From positions 23,872,001 through 23,936,000 of the forward strand of contig NW_024704743.1 in the NCBI RefSeq assembly GCF_018977255.1: 64,000 bases of DNA, written 5' to 3'. Both the position numbers and the translations under genes were made by a program. The notes beneath the pieces are model-generated. The model did not search any database and was not told where the DNA came from. It was given only the letters and a program-made list of their open reading frames with translations. Of the stretch, positions 63,170-64,000 are shown one piece after another. Origin of the DNA: Callorhinchus milii. Taxonomy: Eukaryota. Every line of letters begins with the position of its first letter. Positions within the stretch are counted from its first letter, which is position 1.

Positions 63170-63530
63170 AAATCTCAGAATCAGAAGCTTGTGAGTTCAA
63201 ACCCCTTGTCAGGACTTCGAGCTCACAGGCTGGCTGACACTCCGACGTGGAGGGTGTGCTGCGTTGGAGGTACCTTTCTTCAGAACAGACATTACACCTT
63301 CTGCTTATTCAGGTGCATATTAAAGGATTCCATGGAATTATTTGGTATCATGGCCAAAAATTGCCCGGGTTTTAAAAAAATGGTCATTTACCTCATGGCT
63401 GTTTCTAGGACATTGCTGTGCTAAATCGGTTATCATGTTCACATACAAAAATGCAGGTTCTACACTTTATACAAACTTTTAGATATTTTGGTGGTAAGGC
63501 TGTATATCAAATGCAACATTTATTATTATC
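63170..63530 (+). mobile_element. SacSINE1-like DeuSINE, degenerate
   Basis: TCAGAAGCTTGTGAGTTCAAACCCC...GGCTGACACTCC...AGGATTCCATGG...GACATTGCTGTGCTAAAT, followed by the tail. Confidence 0.7.
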
Positions 63531-64000
63531 TGGACTTTCAGACTCAACAGTCCACTGAAGATGTTAGTTTTTAATGTATTTTGAGATACAAATCGCTGTA
63601 ATTTTAATTCCAATCTTCTGGACATCGGTCGTCTAATTAATCTGTGTTTTCTGCCCCGATATTTTAAATGAGTGAGTGGGGAATAAAGAGCATGTTTTAT
63701 AAAAACCTGAAAGGAGGAGGAAATTCAGGAATGGTTAGCTTCAAGGGAAGTAACAGCTTGATTGCAGGTGGTGAAGCCAGCTGATGTGAATAACAGGCAG
63801 TGCTGGGATTTAAGCAGAGACCACAGTGTTTGCTGTGGGATTTTACAGCTTTATCTGCGCGTATTCATTAAAATGTTAGTTTACCTCGCTCCTCACAAGA
63901 TGCATCCGATCTCATCATTCTGGGCTTTTCTTTTATCCGTGTTTACAAAGACTGTGACTGATGTCTAAAGTCTGTCTAGAGTTCAGGGATTTCTTGTGGA

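Overview
This is AT-rich, repeat-dense vertebrate genomic DNA, not prokaryotic, so almost all short ORFs in the track are noise or retroelement debris. The repeats (DeuSINE/SacSINE1-like, LF-SINE-like, L2, CR1) suggest a cartilaginous fish, possibly a chimaera; this is inference. The whole window lies inside the delta-catenin gene CTNND2 (+ strand). Three armadillo-repeat coding exons are visible (24560-24692, 44385-44598, 58365-58548), with canonical splice sites and compatible phases. The standout feature is a full-length, intronless MROH1-like HEAT-repeat ORF of 1646 aa (34732->29792, - strand) nested antisense in the ~19.7 kb intron between the first two exons. It has a strong Kozak ATG, a candidate poly(A) signal, a CpG/CACCC-rich candidate promoter and MiT/TFE-type motifs on both flanks, and it sits in a ~7 kb block with no recognisable transposons. 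It looks like an old, maintained retrogene. The introns also show a SINE/L2 partnership through a shared 3' tail, SINE insertions into older tails with target-site duplications, a three-layer nested Tigger-like insertion, MITE-like elements and an unclassified two-copy repeat. Family assignments rest on recalled consensus sequences, not database searches, and repeat boundaries are approximate.
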